A DNA stretch of 64,000 nucleotides, taken from Paraspadella gotoi (lineage: Eukaryota; Animalia; Chaetognatha). Each line of letters starts with the position of its first letter. Position 1 is the stretch's first letter. Positions 14,626 to 28,569 of this stretch are shown one piece after another. Below the pieces are notes generated by a model, which had not been told where the DNA came from, searched no databases, and worked only from the letters and a program-made list of their open reading frames with translations. The DNA is taken from contig CM119270.1 in assembly GCA_051294375.1 (NCBI GenBank), positions 15,623,845 to 15,687,844 of the forward strand, read 5' to 3'. The translations under genes were made by a program, and so were the position numbers.

Positions 14626-15010
14626 TAGAGATAGAAAAGAAAGTGAAAGAGAGCGACAGAAAGAAAAAAAAAGTAGCAAGTGTGCGACCCGGTTGCCATC
14701 CTCTTCGCCAACCCTCCTCTTCCTCCTCCTGGCTCTCTCCTCCTCTTAGGCGAGCTTTGCTTGAGGTCCGTCGTGCTAAAAGGGGCGCACCATCTTTCTC
14801 TCGGCTTCTCTTCACCTCCGCCGCTGCACTGTTTCCGCGATGTTCGCCCTCCGACGACGGCCGTCCTGCGGTCCGTCCTGCGCCCGCCTGCCGCTGCTGC
14901 CGCTGCAGCCTCGCCCGCCCGACGTTAACGTTTGAGAGAGCAAACGATAAAGGGGTGAATACTGAACGGAGGGGGCCCGTACCCATGAAATCTGTTTTGA
15001 AAAAAAAAAA
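5968..15010 (+). repeat. ~4.5-kb direct tandem duplication (copy 1 ~5968-10435, copy 2 ~10446-15010), probably an assembly artefact
   Basis: Both copies start ttcgttg(g)caacaaatttt(c)gggaatcgcagcg and end gaaatctgttttgaaaaa. They differ mostly by 1-nt indels but appear identical over ~9670-10255 vs ~14240-14825. Low-quality sequence and a 25-N gap follow. Confidence 0.9.
8218..8395. repeat. Degenerate 18/36-bp minisatellite (second copy ~12760-12950)
   Basis: Recurring catgacgccactttagggcatggtgccatttaact; produces the spurious KWHHAL/KWRHGV periodic ORF 8135..8326. Confidence 0.75.
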
Positions 15011-15202
15011 ATGGGGGGGGAAAGGAAAAAAAAAACCTCGCTTAAATGAGGACAGGAGGAGATCTAGTGAGGAAAGAGGGGGGGAAGTGAAGGGAGTGAA
15101 AAATCCCGGCGCGGGCCCGGGGGGTGTTTTTTTTATTCGGAGCGGTTTAGTGGATTCATCTCGGGGCACGCAGGGGGTGGTGGAGGGTGAGCGTGGGGGC
15201 GG

Positions 15203-15227
15203 NNNNNNNNNNNNNNNNNNNNNNNNN
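15203..15227. other. Assembly gap, exactly 25 N
   Basis: Counted N run. Confidence 0.99.
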
Positions 15228-15730
15228 GGGGCAGGTTCAACGACGTGTATTCGAGATGATTTAAAATATATAAAAAAAAAAAAGCTTTGGATTCCAGGTG
15301 AAGAATCGTTGCTTTGCGTGTTGCGCACGTGACTGTTGGATACGTGCGAAGGAGAAAAAGCTGTGTCTTTAGGACGAAAGGAAACCTGACACCAGCTGTG
15401 ATTCCTTTTTCGCGTTGGCTGAAGAGCTACAGGGTGATTTATGGGAAGAGATACGAAAATTAAATGGCAGTGATTTTCATCAATTTATAATGTTTTCTTT
15501 TTTTTTTTTATTCTAATATCTCTGTAGTTTGTAATCTCTGAGCTTTTCATATGTCAAATGATTCATGATAATTTCGCTGCTAAAATAAAACTATGTTTTA
15601 CAGATCTTCTATTTATCAACTATATTTTTTCCGTCAGTACTAGTCAGAGAAAACGTTGTAGAGCGCATCTCCAATTAATTGAGTTGATTAATTGCAGGTT
15701 TTCGAATTTACTAATTTGATATCATTTTTC

Positions 15731-15960
15731 ATTGGTTGTTGTTGATGTTGTTGTTGTTGATGATGTTGTTGATGATGTTGTTGAAGATGTTGTTGATGAT
15801 TTTGTTGACGACGATGATGATGATTACGATGACGATAACGATGATAATGAAAATGTTTATAATGTTAATAATGACAACGATTAATTTGATGGTGACAGCA
15901 ACAATGACGATGACATCGTCGTCTAAGGACGACCCTGCCGCTAATGATGACGATGATAAA
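15731..15960. repeat. Degenerate (TTG/ATG/ACG)n trinucleotide tract
   Basis: gttgttgatgatgttgttgatg... low-complexity run. Confidence 0.85.
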
Positions 15961-17572
15961 ATCCACTTCGACATCTGCTCCTTTCTCCTTCTCCAAACTA
16001 ATCGTAAGTGAAAACGAGGCGTCACCTCGCAGCGCAACCCTAAACCCTCTCGAAGGCGTCGAGGGAAGAAACCTCTTCCATATTCCTTAACTTTAAGCGC
16101 CCGTCGGGAAGGAGCGGCTCGAGCCGGTCGAGCATAACATTGAGCCCGAGGACGGGATTACGAAATACGATTGTCGAATGTCGAGTGCAGGCTTGTAAGT
16201 GCGTTGTCGTTAGACAATGAGATCTGAATTTTAATGAATATATGGAAAAGGGATCGTTGAAAGTAGCATTAAGCTCAGAGCAACACTATACATTATAGTA
16301 AAGTATTGATTAGTTAATTGAAACACTTCCAGAGAACACCAAACATTAGCAAATACTTGGCGCGACTTTTTTTTTCGCAATAAAACCGAGCAGCGGTCGT
16401 GATGAGCCAAAAACGAACATTAGTGAACGAGTCTTTTTTCTTGTTTTATTCATGAGAGACTTTGGAATTCTGACGAAACGTTTGAGCGTAGGACAAACGC
16501 TGCTGAATATTTGGACACGAGGTATATTCTGGTATCTTTAATAAATTCTACGCTTTGGGCTTTATGTCAGCACATTTCAACGCAATATACGTAGAAAATT
16601 GATTCCCGACTGATGACACCTCGAAAGCTGCAATTTTTCTTGATTTTCAACACCGGAATTTGAATTTTGCCACAATTTTCTCCCTTTTCTCTAATGACGA
16701 ATTCCTTTCAATTTTTTGTGGATAAGGAGAATGAGTAAATGTGTTTTTCAATTTTCGATATTTAATTTTTCACAAGATTAATTACGGTTTCTATTGCGAA
16801 TGTATTAAATCCGGCTCTTTACATTTTCTAAAGAAATAAAGAGAAATATCTATCTTATTTGCGCGACTTAAAAAAAAAAGAAAAAGAGAAAGAAAAAAAA
16901 ATGTTGGTGCCATAAACGCGACGGAATCAAAAATATTTTTCTTCTCCGTCGGAGTTTTTAACCACGAATCTGCCTCGCCCTCTAAATGGCAGAGAAATAA
17001 TCTCGGCGTCTCGGACGGACGGACGGACGGACGGACGGTGGGCCGTCTTTTAAACGGACGAACGGACAGGAATGGAGAATCCGCACGACAGCCAAGGGCG
17101 CAATTTAAAAAAAAAAAAAAAAAAAGAGGCGCGGAATTTGAAAAAAAAAAGGACGGGGAAGGAAGAAAAAACGGATTTATGTTCCAATGTTTTGGTTTTT
17201 TTTTTTTAAAAGATGAATGCGGAAGCCATGAAGTTTTATTTCTTTTTCTTTTTCTTTTTCTTTCTTTCTCTTTCTTCTTCTTGGTCTCGTTGTTTTTGTT
17301 GTTGTAATCGTTTTCTTCTTCGATTCGACAGAAAATGCGTAATTAAATCCTTAATCGTTGGAAGGAAGGAAAGGCCATTTCCTTCCAGTTCCAGTTCCAA
17401 TTTCCCCCCCTCAATCCCTCACCCTTAATCCCTCGCTTCTATCCCTACTCCCCCCCTTCCCAAACTTACTATTCTCTCCCCCTCTTAAGTCCTCTCCCGC
17501 GCGTCGGTCTGTCTGTTGCGGAATGAATGCGAATCTTTCGAATGGAAGGTCGCGGCATCTTGTCCCAAGGAG

Positions 17573-17614
<42 letters not shown>

Positions 17615-17730
17615 CTCTCTCTCTCTCTTCTCTCCTCTCTCTCTCTCTCTCCTCTCTCTCTTCTAAAAAAAGAGGGAGCAGGATTCCTACTGCCCTTCTT
17701 GAGACTTTAAACGAAAGAAATAATCGGTTT

Positions 17731-17761
<31 letters not shown>

Positions 17762-19023
17762 GTCCCATTTCTCAAGTCAGTTTGTTCTAAATCCGTTTTT
17801 CTTTTTTAATCTCTCCGTCTGTCCATCCGTTTCTCACTCGGACCGAGGGACTGATGAATAATAACCAGCCTCAAGAGTTTCTCACCTTCGACCCTATCAA
17901 GCTTTTTCTCTCTGACCCAAATGAAATAAAAAAAGGAAAGCAGAAATAGGGAAGCCAAGCATCTGCTTGCCTCACAAAACTGAATGGAGAGGGATCGGCT
18001 TTTCGCCTCGTAAAATCCTCCCATCTTCCCCCTGGCGCTGATTAAGCGAAGGAGATGCGAAAAAAATACATTTTTATTCCTTTCCTCAGAAATCAAAGGT
18101 TAAAAAGGGGAACATTTATTAAAAGATTAAACGTTGATTAAGTATTAAGTGGCTCAAGGTGACTTTTTTTAAAATTATTATCAGTATTCTTAAAGGTTTT
18201 AGTTTTTCAGTGAATCTAGGCCTACGGTGTGTATTTTGGATGTTTTTAAAAAAATAGCTTCTTCGCATAACTGTATAGTATACATATACATATATATATA
18301 CATATACATATACATATACAATGTACATTGTACATATGCTTAAAACCGAAATTTTCATTGTTTACATTATTAAACTCTTAATTCGTCAATTGTTTTTTGT
18401 TCACGCATTACGCAAAAGAGGCGCCTGTGGACAGCTCGGAAAATCAAAAAAGAGCATCTTTATACGTCGAGATGTTAGTACAGTTAGTTGCAGCAAAAAC
18501 CCAGTGAGAGAAAATTATTTTAGATTTAACATTATGCAAAATGATTGTAATATCGATTTTTTTATTTTGATATCATTTATTTTCCATATTCAGATGATTT
18601 CAGATTATAAATTAAGGAGAATAGTTTTAGTATTAGTTCACAACAGCGGCAAAATAATTTAATATACAGACAAACACGGACCAAATGGAGAAAATAGATT
18701 ATAAAAATTTTGTCTTCGTAATTGTGTAAATTTGAGTTTTTTCTAAAGTCGATTTTGGTCAATTTTATAATGGCAAATTTTGTTACTATTATTTTGGTAT
18801 AGGTTTTAGAATTGTTTAGACGAATTATTTCGAGAAAAAAACTTGACAAACAAATCTTAACAAAACACGTCTTTTAACTTAACTCAATCAGTGAAAGCGA
18901 CAACAAAAAATTGACCACTGAATTCTTCTTCCCTGATGTGTCGCTTAACTTTTCGCCTTCGTTCAACTCGACGCCTTTGCGTCTCATGACGTGATGAATG
19001 TTGCAGATTTCTTCCACCCACCG

Positions 19024-19090
19024 CCATCTGGCCATCTTGCTCATCTTGCCCATCTTGCCCATCTTGCCCATCTTGCCCATCTTGCCATCT
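19024..19090. repeat. 9-bp tandem repeat (catcttgcc)x~7
   Basis: Seen directly. Confidence 0.9.
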
Positions 19091-19752
19091 AGCTCAGCTC
19101 CCGTGGAGATTCCCTTCCTTTTTTTTCCTCTCCCTTCCTTATTCTTCCTACCTTTTTTTTCTTAATTATCATCAGCGAACAAACAGCTGCTTCTTTTCTT
19201 CTATTTTCTCTTTAATTTTTCTTTTTCAGGGAAAAAAATAATATAATAAGCTTATGGGACTGTCATCAAATGAATTTGAATGGTAATAAATTATGAAAGA
19301 CGGCTCTGTTGATAAATGATAGTTACCATAGTAAATAAGTTAGGTTTAACATGAGAATTTTTTTTTATAATAACAAATAACCAAACTGACTTTTTATTAC
19401 CAAAAATTTATATATTTATGTCAGATAACTTAACAATCAGCGTTAAAAATGGTTAAAATGTTAAAAACTGTTAAAATTTTGACGAAAAAATGAAGAAAAG
19501 AGACTCCGCGCCTGAGAGCCACTGATTATACTATATACTATATATACTCGTCCCTCGGCTTAATTAATTAATTAATTAACTAGCTCTAACTACGACCGAA
19601 ATACATAAGGACACGGGAATATGGGAATGTTTTTTTTTTTATAATTTGTAGTATTTTAGGCAAAAGGAAAAATGCTTTGAATCAAAGCTACGGTGAGTAA
19701 GATTTCTAACATGTGAACTATGTACTAAGAACAGAAGGTGGAGAGGGGGTAG

Positions 19753-19810
<58 letters not shown>

Positions 19811-19917
19811 AGAGAGAGAGAGAGAGAGAGAAAGAGACAGAGTGAAAATAAAGAAAGTTGAACAATGAACATCAACGTTAAGACGTCAAACGGAAATTGA
19901 CAACGAAAAGAGCAATT

Positions 19918-19980
19918 TGTGGCAACGAATCTAGTAGCAACAGATTGTGGCAACAGATTGTGGCAACAGATTGTGGCAAA
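19918..19980. repeat. 13-bp tandem repeat (tgtggcaacagat)x~4
   Basis: Seen directly. Confidence 0.85.
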
Positions 19981-22134
19981 CTTTACGGGCGCATCCGGGA
20001 CTCAGAAAAAAAAACTATCGGTGAAAAGAAACAACCGGGGGGGGGGGAAATCGAAAATGAGGTGCAATGTCAGAAATGTCGATTGGTAATAGGGAAATGA
20101 AAAGGATGGGAAACTCAAATTTGTGATTCGCTTTTGTTTTAGTTTAATATTTAATTTAAATGTTATTGTAAAGATTAAAACGTTGGGGTCATACTGTAGT
20201 ATTAGTTTTGAATTGTTTGATGTAATCATATCGGTTATCTCACATTTAAAGATAAGATAAGAAGGCGTTTTAATTTTTATGAAAAATATTTTTTAATTTA
20301 TAGAGGATTGTTAACTTTAAACCTTTTTGAAAAAAAAAAAACAACTTAGTAATCATTAACCAGGGATTAAATTTGCCTAAAGTTACTTTGGGACATATTA
20401 GCAGAATTTCAAATTTTAGCAGTTAATTTGTAAAAAAAAAAAAATTATTTCTCCTGGAATTTCGCAGGTACATAGTGGAATTTAGGATATAGACACAGTC
20501 AAGCAAAGGCAGAACAAATGTACCGATGATAAAATCAAAATCAAATCATGACACGGAGACTCAACAGTCAAAAAAACTCCGGAAGGAACCTTAATTTTTT
20601 TAGCAATAATATTCAGTTTTATTTCGGGTAGCTGCTAGATGTAAAAACACGAATTCATCCTAGTTGCTACTTCTACTAAAGGACTTAAAACGTAACAATA
20701 GATTATACAACAACAGATTGTTTAAAGCGAAATAAACACGAACAGGTCGGAGTTTCCCTTGTTTGAAAACAATTTCAAAATTTCAAAAAAAAAAAAGTTA
20801 AGAAAAAATTAAACACTCTTTAAAACTATTACTTATTAAATAACTGTATTAACATTTTCCTCATCGCATTACGTTAACGACTCCTTCCCGTCTTTTACAC
20901 AGAAAACCGTAAATGATAACAAGGAACAATTTGTCTTTAGTCTCACAGGAGATACCGAACTCTAGACGGTTCTAAAAGGTTTGTTTTGAGGGTTTTACAG
21001 TTTTTTGGGGAGAATTGGCATATAGTGTAACAATTTCAAATGAACACATGTCAAAGTTAATCATCTTTTTTTTTTTAAATTCATTCCTTCAATAACTAGA
21101 AGACAACAAGAAGAAACAGAGAAAAATTGTAAATAAACAATATTTTTTTTTGAAGAACTATTATCGTCAACGGACGTGCGACAATAATTGATTGCATGAT
21201 TAATTTCTTTTTTTTTTTAATATTTTGGTTGTTTTTTTTTTTGTTTTTTTTTTTGGTTGGTGAAGCTGAGGAGGGATAAGTGCGTGAGGTAGGCGTCCTT
21301 CTCTTGGCTCCATTGTCTCATTGCAAGTCGGACTCATTGGCTGCGGTTGTTGTTGTTGTTGTTGTTATCAGAAACATTTCGAACGTTTTTTTGGTTACGT
21401 TACGTTCTTGTCGTCGTAGTCGTTGTTGTTGTTGTTGTCGTTAACGTCGTCAATGTTGTTCTTAATATTTTGTCGTTTAAGTCGTTGTCTATCTGTCCGT
21501 TTAGTCTTGTCTTTTCTAGGGCAGTCCGCGCCCCGAAATGCCAATAAATGACAAGCTTCTCCCATTTTTAAGGTTGGGTTTTTAAGTCAAAACACCGCCT
21601 CGCCAATAAAGTCTCAACGCGTGGTTCTTGTTTTGGGTCTGCCCAAATTTTTATTTCTTTTACAAAAAAATCCTTTGGTCTAAATGTAAAAAGTCCGCAA
21701 AATATACGTAGTATTTTCAGTGCTTCCACCCTAGTTCAGCAAGTTTGGCGGCCTCTTCGGGTACTGGATTGTACTAGGTTGGCTTTTAGGGTCAAATACT
21801 AATCGATCTTCTTAGGGGTTAAAAGATAGGGAAGACCTGGGGCGTGGGCGAAGGACCTATTGCGCGATTGTGGCACAGTTTTTTGGTCTTGACTTTTTAT
21901 GGAAACTTCGTAACGAGCAAAAGTGAAAAAGAATTAATTGCCTCGTGTCTTAAGAGTTTCTACAATCATATAATCTGTACCCATCCGAATCTTTTCAAAT
22001 GGGTCACTTTCGACGTCTTCCGGTCGAGATGTGGTCCAGAGGAGCCCTTTGAAAGGGGGTCTTCAAATCCGGTCCGAAGACCTCTTCCATTCCATCAAGG
22101 GGTCTCAGTTAGGTCCTCTCGCCCTGGCCCGGGG

Positions 22135-22389
22135 TCATTTGGGGATCTCGTCCGGCTTGGCGCTGTTGGGGGGCGAATCGAAGCAGAAGGAGACCGTCTG
22201 CTTGAGTTTGGAGGAATTGGGTTTCGAGGATTCCTTCCCCGCGGAGGTTGAGGGCGGACGCAGCACCGAAACGGCGGGAGTCCGAAGTTCGGGGTGATGC
22301 TGCGTCGGCGGCGGCGGCGGCGGCGGCGGCGGCGGGAGAGGCTGGGCGGAAGACGAAAGAGGCGGCGGAATCGAAGAGGGAAGGTTGGA
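22135..22389 (-). CDS. Predicted terminal coding exon (Pro-rich; SNLPSSIPPP...KQTVSFCFDSPPNSAKPDEIPK*)
   Basis: Acceptor cttccacag| at 22390-22391; 85 codons ending TGA at 22135. Phase 0 matches the AAG|gttaga donor at 22481 across a 92-nt intron. Confidence 0.65.
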   Translation of the reverse strand, partial: SNLPSSIPPPLSSSAQPLPPPPPPPPPPTQHHPELRTPAVSVLRPPSTSAGKESSKPNSSKLKQTVSFCFDSPPNSAKPDEIPK

Positions 22390-22481
22390 CTGTGGAAGAA
22401 GGATGATCGAGAACTTTATCATCATTATCATCGTTATCATTATCATCATCATCATCCTCATCATCATCCGAATATTCTAAC

Positions 22482-23906
22482 CTTTCTCGACTTTGAAGGA
22501 AGCGTGGAGTGAAAGGACGACGCCGTCATCGACGCGGCCACGCCTCCTCTCCCGCTTCTCCACGGCAGAGTCGGCGCCCTGGAGGCGTCAAAGGCGTCAA
22601 ACGCGTCGTCGGCTTCTCCCTTCTTCCGAGAATCGGACAATACTCCACCTCCTCCTCCTCCTCCTCCTCCTCCTCCGACCAAAGTCAACACGCTGCCGCC
22701 GAAGAATCCCGTTGTCGGCCGCGCGTCGCCGCCGACGAACCCCGCCGCGCCGCTCACAAAACCATGCGGCTGCTGCAGGGTCGATTGTTGCAGCGACGGC
22801 TGCTGCAGTGATTGTTGCTGCTGCGCCGGTGCGGCGACACTGTAGCCGGCGAAGGACCGCCTAGTCGCCTTCCGCCGAGAAATGACGGCCGAGTGTCCGC
22901 GGTTGCCGAGAATGAGCCGCGTGGACGAGCCGCTCGAGAAAAGGCTCACCGGCTGCTGGAACTTTTTGGCGCCGGAGGTTGGACGACCCACGACGCCGCT
23001 AAAAGCGGGCGTGTCAGCGTCGTTGGCGTTGACCGGCGCCGTCGCCGGCGTGGAGAAGAATCCTTGGAGGATCCGTGGCGGTCCCGATGTAGGCGCCGAC
23101 GTAGCCGCCGACGCGGCTGCCGACGCGGCCGTGGAAGCGTCTTGATTGGACGAGGCCGAGGAAGAAGTGGGATGATTGGACGAAGATGAGAGCGACGAAG
23201 AAGACGGGATTAAAGTTTGCGGGGAAGAGGAAGAGGAAGAGTTTTGCTGCTGCTGCTGCTGCTGTTGATGATGAAGTTGCTGCTGTTCCTGCTGGTAAGG
23301 ATGCTGCGGAGGAAGATGATGTTGTTGGGGATGAGTAGGATGATGATTGTGGCGACCCCGTCGACCGTCGGATCGAAAGGCGTGGGAGGAGGTAGAGGCC
23401 GAGACGGTGGGCGTGGCTGAGACGGTGGCCGAAGCGACGGAGGACGACGTCGGAAGGAGGAAGCCTTCGCCGAGATCGCCGACGCCGCCGCCGAGATCGA
23501 AGGAGCCGCCGAAACCGACGCCGCCGACGAAGGATTTGGACCAAGCGAAGTCTTCGCCGTCGAAACTGAGGCGAGTCGGGTTTTTCTCTTCTCTCATTCG
23601 TCGGAGCGACGAACGTTGAGCCTCTCGGTTCGTCGTCGTCGTCGTCGTCGTCGTCGGCGTTTTGGAAGACGACGACGACGACGTCCCGAACGACGGTTTC
23701 TTCCCGAAGGCAAACTTGACTTTTTTACGCTGAAGGAGAGGACCGTCGTCGTCGTCGTCGTCGTCGTCGTGGCCGAGTCTGACGTCGTCGTCCTCGTCGT
23801 CGTCGTCGTCGTCAGGGTTGAGCAGCTCTCCTTCCGTCTCCCACTCGCTGTCCATTGAGGTGTTGTCGTCGGCAGCTTCCGCAGCGACTCGTTCCGCCTC
23901 GTTTTC
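22482..23906 (-). CDS. 1425-nt exon encoding a disordered region (polyD, polyT, polyQ/H, polyS, polyG); inferred part of the copine C-terminal extension
   Basis: Acceptor catttctag|GAA; 475 open codons (ENEAERVAAEAADDNTSMDSEWETEG...HSTLPSKSRK). GC-rich against AT-rich flanks. Contains ORF 22464..23855. Confidence 0.8.
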
Positions 23907-26069
23907 CTAGAAATGAGGAGAGGGGGGGTGAAGCGGGGGGGGTGGGATCGAGAGAGGGCGCTTGAGTGGTGATGAAGATCGAAAAAGGAAATAGAGATAG
24001 AGAGAAGGAAAATGAAAGAATTGAAATGATGAGGATTAATGTTTCTTAAAAAAAAATTTAAAAAGATTAATATAAAATAAAGACGAAAAAGAACTGAAAG
24101 AAAGAAAAACGGGAAGAAAATGAACCAAAATGAATAAATATAATTATAAATGAATCAATAAATAAAGCAGAAAAAACGGAAAATTAACGTAAAAATAGGA
24201 AACTATTAAATAATTTTTAAAAAAATGTTGCGCTCATGACGGACAGAGCGCTCGGAAATTTAAAGAGCTCTCATGATTTACGATTTATGAAAACGAAAAA
24301 CCGATTTTTTTATAGAGTTCAGCATAAAGGGTTTTAAAGACGAGTAAATTAAAAGAGGGAAAACGTCGAGTCACCACAAGAGTGTTTTTTTTTATTTTCT
24401 AATAGGCCTTTTAATAAATCTTTCTAATCTATCTCGACTTCCTGGAGAGTGGCAAAGTATATATCTCTGTCTCACTCACTCTTCTCTCCTCTCTCCTCGG
24501 TCGCCTGATGACGGCGTTTCTGCTCTCTCTTCTCCTCTCTCTCCCTCTCTCATCTCTCGTCGTCTCTACTCGTTCTCTTCTCTCTCTCTCTCTCTCTCTA
24601 AAATCGTGATTCTCGCGACCTGGACCCGTGTTGATTTCACCTTTTGTTTGACCCCTAGTTTCACCATCGCGTCTCTGACGCCATCTCCTCCTCTTCCTCT
24701 TCATCTTCCTTTTCCCCATTAGTCTCCTCTTCACTGTCATTGAACATCAGACCCTCGGACTTTCGGTCAAACCAGAACGCCAATTACGTAATGGGATCAA
24801 ACTTCAAAGGGACATATATTAAGTTTTAAATATTTGTTTTTCGTTGAACGAAAGGATATCAATACGTAAACCAAAAAAAATCATCAAGGCATATATTAAT
24901 TTCATGATATTATTACAGCGTACCACGCAAAAACATCCATCGCTCTTACCAGCCAATTAAATTACTATTTTCATAGAAAGCAATTGTTCTCAAGATTTTA
25001 GTTCCAAACTTTTATTTTTCATTTATTAGATCGTCTTTTACACCGCCTTATCAGTATCATTTGAAATTTTTTTCTTTTTTTTTAATTTAAAGTTTGCCGT
25101 GTAACACTCCCGACTCGTTCAATCTGTTAGTCTGTCTTTCTCTTTTTTAATTCATTTAATTTGGAGTATTAGTACAAATTAATATACTGCAATATACAAA
25201 TTATATTTTTCTTTCTTAATTTATTAGTTTCCTATAAAAGTAAAAAATCAATCTCTCTGACTCAAAAAAAAAAGAGGATAAACATAAAAAGAAAGAACGA
25301 CCTAAATCAAAAGAAAGATATTATCTAAATCTCATGGAACCTGGTTGACGTTTAATGTTGATAAACAGTACCGAGCCTTTCTTCTCTGCTCTCTCTCTCG
25401 TCCTCTTTCTCTCAACTTCTCCTTGTCTCTCGTCTCTCTCTTCTCTCTCTCTCTCTCTTCTCGTCTCTCTCTTAACTCGCTTATCAATGGCTTTTTAAAC
25501 GTTGATAAACAAAGCGTAAAGTCCGCTTCGCGTCTCTATCAAGGCCTTCGCTTCGTGCGAAATCCCCGGCGATTCTTCATCGTCTCTAAAAAAAGCTACG
25601 CGCGTGCGCAGAACGTATCCCGTCGCGCCACTACTCGTTACCGCGTCGCGTTGTCGGGGGATTTCGGAAGGAAAAAATTTGGTTTTTTTTATCTATGTAC
25701 GCGTAGCGCGTCGTGCTGAGAATTTTTTTGATAGTTGTACTTTTTTTTTAACGTAACTTTAAAGAAAAAGAAAAAAATTTGTGGGAAATATTAAATAAAC
25801 TATTTATAATAATAATAATAATAATAAAATTTATAATAATGTATTAAAAAGCTTACAATCGAGTAAGAAGTTCTATGGTACAAAAACCACCGATTTTCTT
25901 TTTAAATAAATCCAATAATTGTTTTTTTTCTTTTTTTTTTTGTGATTAGTTTAAATTTAAAATAAAATTGAGCTTAGAAAATTAAATAAGATGCATCGTT
26001 CTCCCGACGTTTGGCGCCTGGGTTAGTCTGCGAAAGAATCAACTCTATTCTATCTTCGTTTGTTGCGCC

Positions 26070-26374
26070 NNNNNNNNNNNNNNNNNNNNNNNNNNNNNNN
26101 NNNNNNNNNNNNNNNNNNNNNNNNNNNNNNNNNNNNNNNNNNNNNNNNNNNNNNNNNNNNNNNNNNNNNNNNNNNNNNNNNNNNNNNNNNNNNNNNNNNN
26201 NNNNNNNNNNNNNNNNNNNNNNNNNNNNNNNNNNNNNNNNNNNNNNNNNNNNNNNNNNNNNNNNNNNNNNNNNNNNNNNNNNNNNNNNNNNNNNNNNNNN
26301 NNNNNNNNNNNNNNNNNNNNNNNNNNNNNNNNNNNNNNNNNNNNNNNNNNNNNNNNNNNNNNNNNNNNNNNNNN
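26070..26374. other. Assembly gap (~305 N)
   Basis: N run; could hide an exon. Confidence 0.99.
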
Positions 26375-26655
26375 GAAAGAAAGAAGGAAAGGACGCCGCT
26401 AGGCAAGGTCGTTCGGAACTCCTGAAAATCCCTCACTTTCCCTTCGCTGACGTAAGAAACGGGGAGTTGTTCCCCCCCTCTCCTTTTTTTTCTTCCTTTT
26501 ATTTATTTTTCCGCCTTTTTTTTCCTTTTTTTTTTTGCCCCCAGTTAAGGAGTGAAAAAAAAATCACGAGCGAAGAGAGAGGAGAACTTGAAAACGTGAG
26601 ACCACGACTCTTGATGTACGTATCTTATTCGAGATAACTCGCGCTGAGTGCAAGT

Positions 26656-26749
<94 letters not shown>

Positions 26750-26939
26750 CGTATAACAGAGTGAAATAAATAATAAAAATATAAAAGAAAACCATCAACA
26801 TTTTAAAGGTTTCCTTGGGGTTTCTCTTTTTGATAAAAACTATAAAGAGACAGGTGAGAAAAAAAAACGGGAAAGAACAAACGAAGCAGAAGAGACTTGA
26901 CAGACAAACGGACAGACTGACAGACAGACAGACCCTCAC

Positions 26940-27067
26940 CTTCTTAAAGTCCTCGTCTTCGTCCTCCACCGAAGTGATCGACGGACGTCGATTTTCCAAG
27001 TTTTTCGATCTCAAGTTTCTCCCGTGAAAAACTTTGGGACCTCGACGACTGAGGAACCTGACGCGAC
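26940..27067 (-). CDS. Exon GRVRFLSRRGPKVFHGRNLRSKNLENRRPSITSVEDEDEDFKK
   Basis: cccaacag| acceptor and AAG|gtgagg donor. Only the phase-1 frame is open; phase-0 exit matches the 23906 exon. Confidence 0.65.
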
Positions 27068-27741
27068 CTGTTGGGAGCCAAGCTCGAATCGTTAAAGACA
27101 ATCTTTGCTTGTTTGAGCTTTGTTTCATATATTGAAAAGTATTTTCGTGGGGAAAGGAATAGAGTTAATGTTGCGGACTTATCGACTTATCGACTCGATC
27201 GGAGGTTGGTAATTTGATTTAATACCAAAAAAAATAAATTTGAATTCTTCTTCCTGAAATCCTTTTTTTTTTTTGCAGCTTTGAAGTATTTACTATTTAT
27301 TATTTACGCTTTTTCTTTTTCTTTTTCTTTTTCTCTAAGCGGCACTACAACTCGCCTTGGCCCCTTCCTCCCTATTTTCCACTTTCAACTGACTTTTTTT
27401 CGGTTTTGTTTGGTTTTTGTTTGTTTGTTTTTTTGTTTATTTTTTTGTTTTTAATTCATTTTTATTTTTTCGCCTCGCAAACTTTTTTTCGACGCTTTAC
27501 TTTTCTCAATCTTCGTCAAACAAGATTTCTCGCGGGTTCCTCTCACCCTTTCACCCCCAGGGGGCGACGCCAACTCCAGTAATCTTCGTGGATTTGAACG
27601 CCAGTCCTAACTACCCACTCTGATCCCCCTTTTTTTTTCCTCCAAACTTTCCGGGTTTTTTTTTATCCTGGTCCACTCTTTCCCCCCCCAAAAAAAAACA
27701 AAAACAAAAAAAAAAAAAAAACACATCTCTCGCTGTTTTAC

Positions 27742-27942
27742 CTTTTTTGGCCTTTTTCGAGCCAGGCCTCGATTGAAGCCTGAGTCCCCAAGAGGAATGT
27801 GGAAGTAAAGGGGAGTTGGAAGTGTGGTGATCCGGCGGGGCTTTGGACGAACCGGCGGTTGCGGCGGCGGCGGAGGCGGCGGCGGCGGCGGAGGCGGCGG
27901 AGGCGGTGGAGGCGGTGGAGGCGGCAACGGCGGCGGGATTTC
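27742..27942 (-). CDS. Exon containing a (GCC/CCG)n tract; Ala-rich in the phase-consistent frame
   Basis: ctccttcag| acceptor and AAG|gtaaaa donor; 201 nt. Phase 1-1 frame (GNPAAVAASTAS...SKKAKK) fits both neighbours. The phase-0 polyproline frame is also open. Confidence 0.55.
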
Positions 27943-28569
27943 CTGAAGGAGAAGGAAAAAAGGAAATGAGAAAATAAACTCTTAACGAAAAGAAGAATGA
28001 AGGCGTCTTCGGCGGGCAGAACGGATTGGGTTTTTTCCAAACTCATGGTATGGGCCCATTGGGCTTATTACGAGCTCGCTTGATGAAAGGTCCGGTAGAG
28101 AATAGAGAAAAGTGCCAAGAAAGACAATGAAGAAAATGGGTAAAAAGGGAGAGAGAAAGTGGGGGGAAAAATGGAAAGAATCAATTGTTCGTGTAGAATT
28201 GAAAAAGGAGAAAGGAGAAAATGTAAAAAGAAAATGAAGGGAAACAATAGGGAGAAAAAATTGAGTGTTTATAATGACACATTCCTCATCTAACGATATG
28301 AAAATTTATGAAAAAAACCGCTGATTTATTTCGGTATATTTTTTTTCTAATAATTTATATATAATTATATATATAATATAATGTAAGAAGCAAAATAAAA
28401 AGAAAAACTCCGATCTGGTCCGGGCTCGCGGGAAAAATCATTGAACATTTTTGACTTCGTTCGCCATGAAATGAAAGAAGGGGGCAAAACTTATGAGTGA
28501 ACGAAACCAATTTTAAATAAAATAAATAAATAAATAAAATTAAAAAGCAGACGACGATCTTATTCTCAC

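Noticed and set aside
18874-19080. MGKMGKMGK ORF
   Set aside because: Product of the 9-bp repeat; no splice or homology support.
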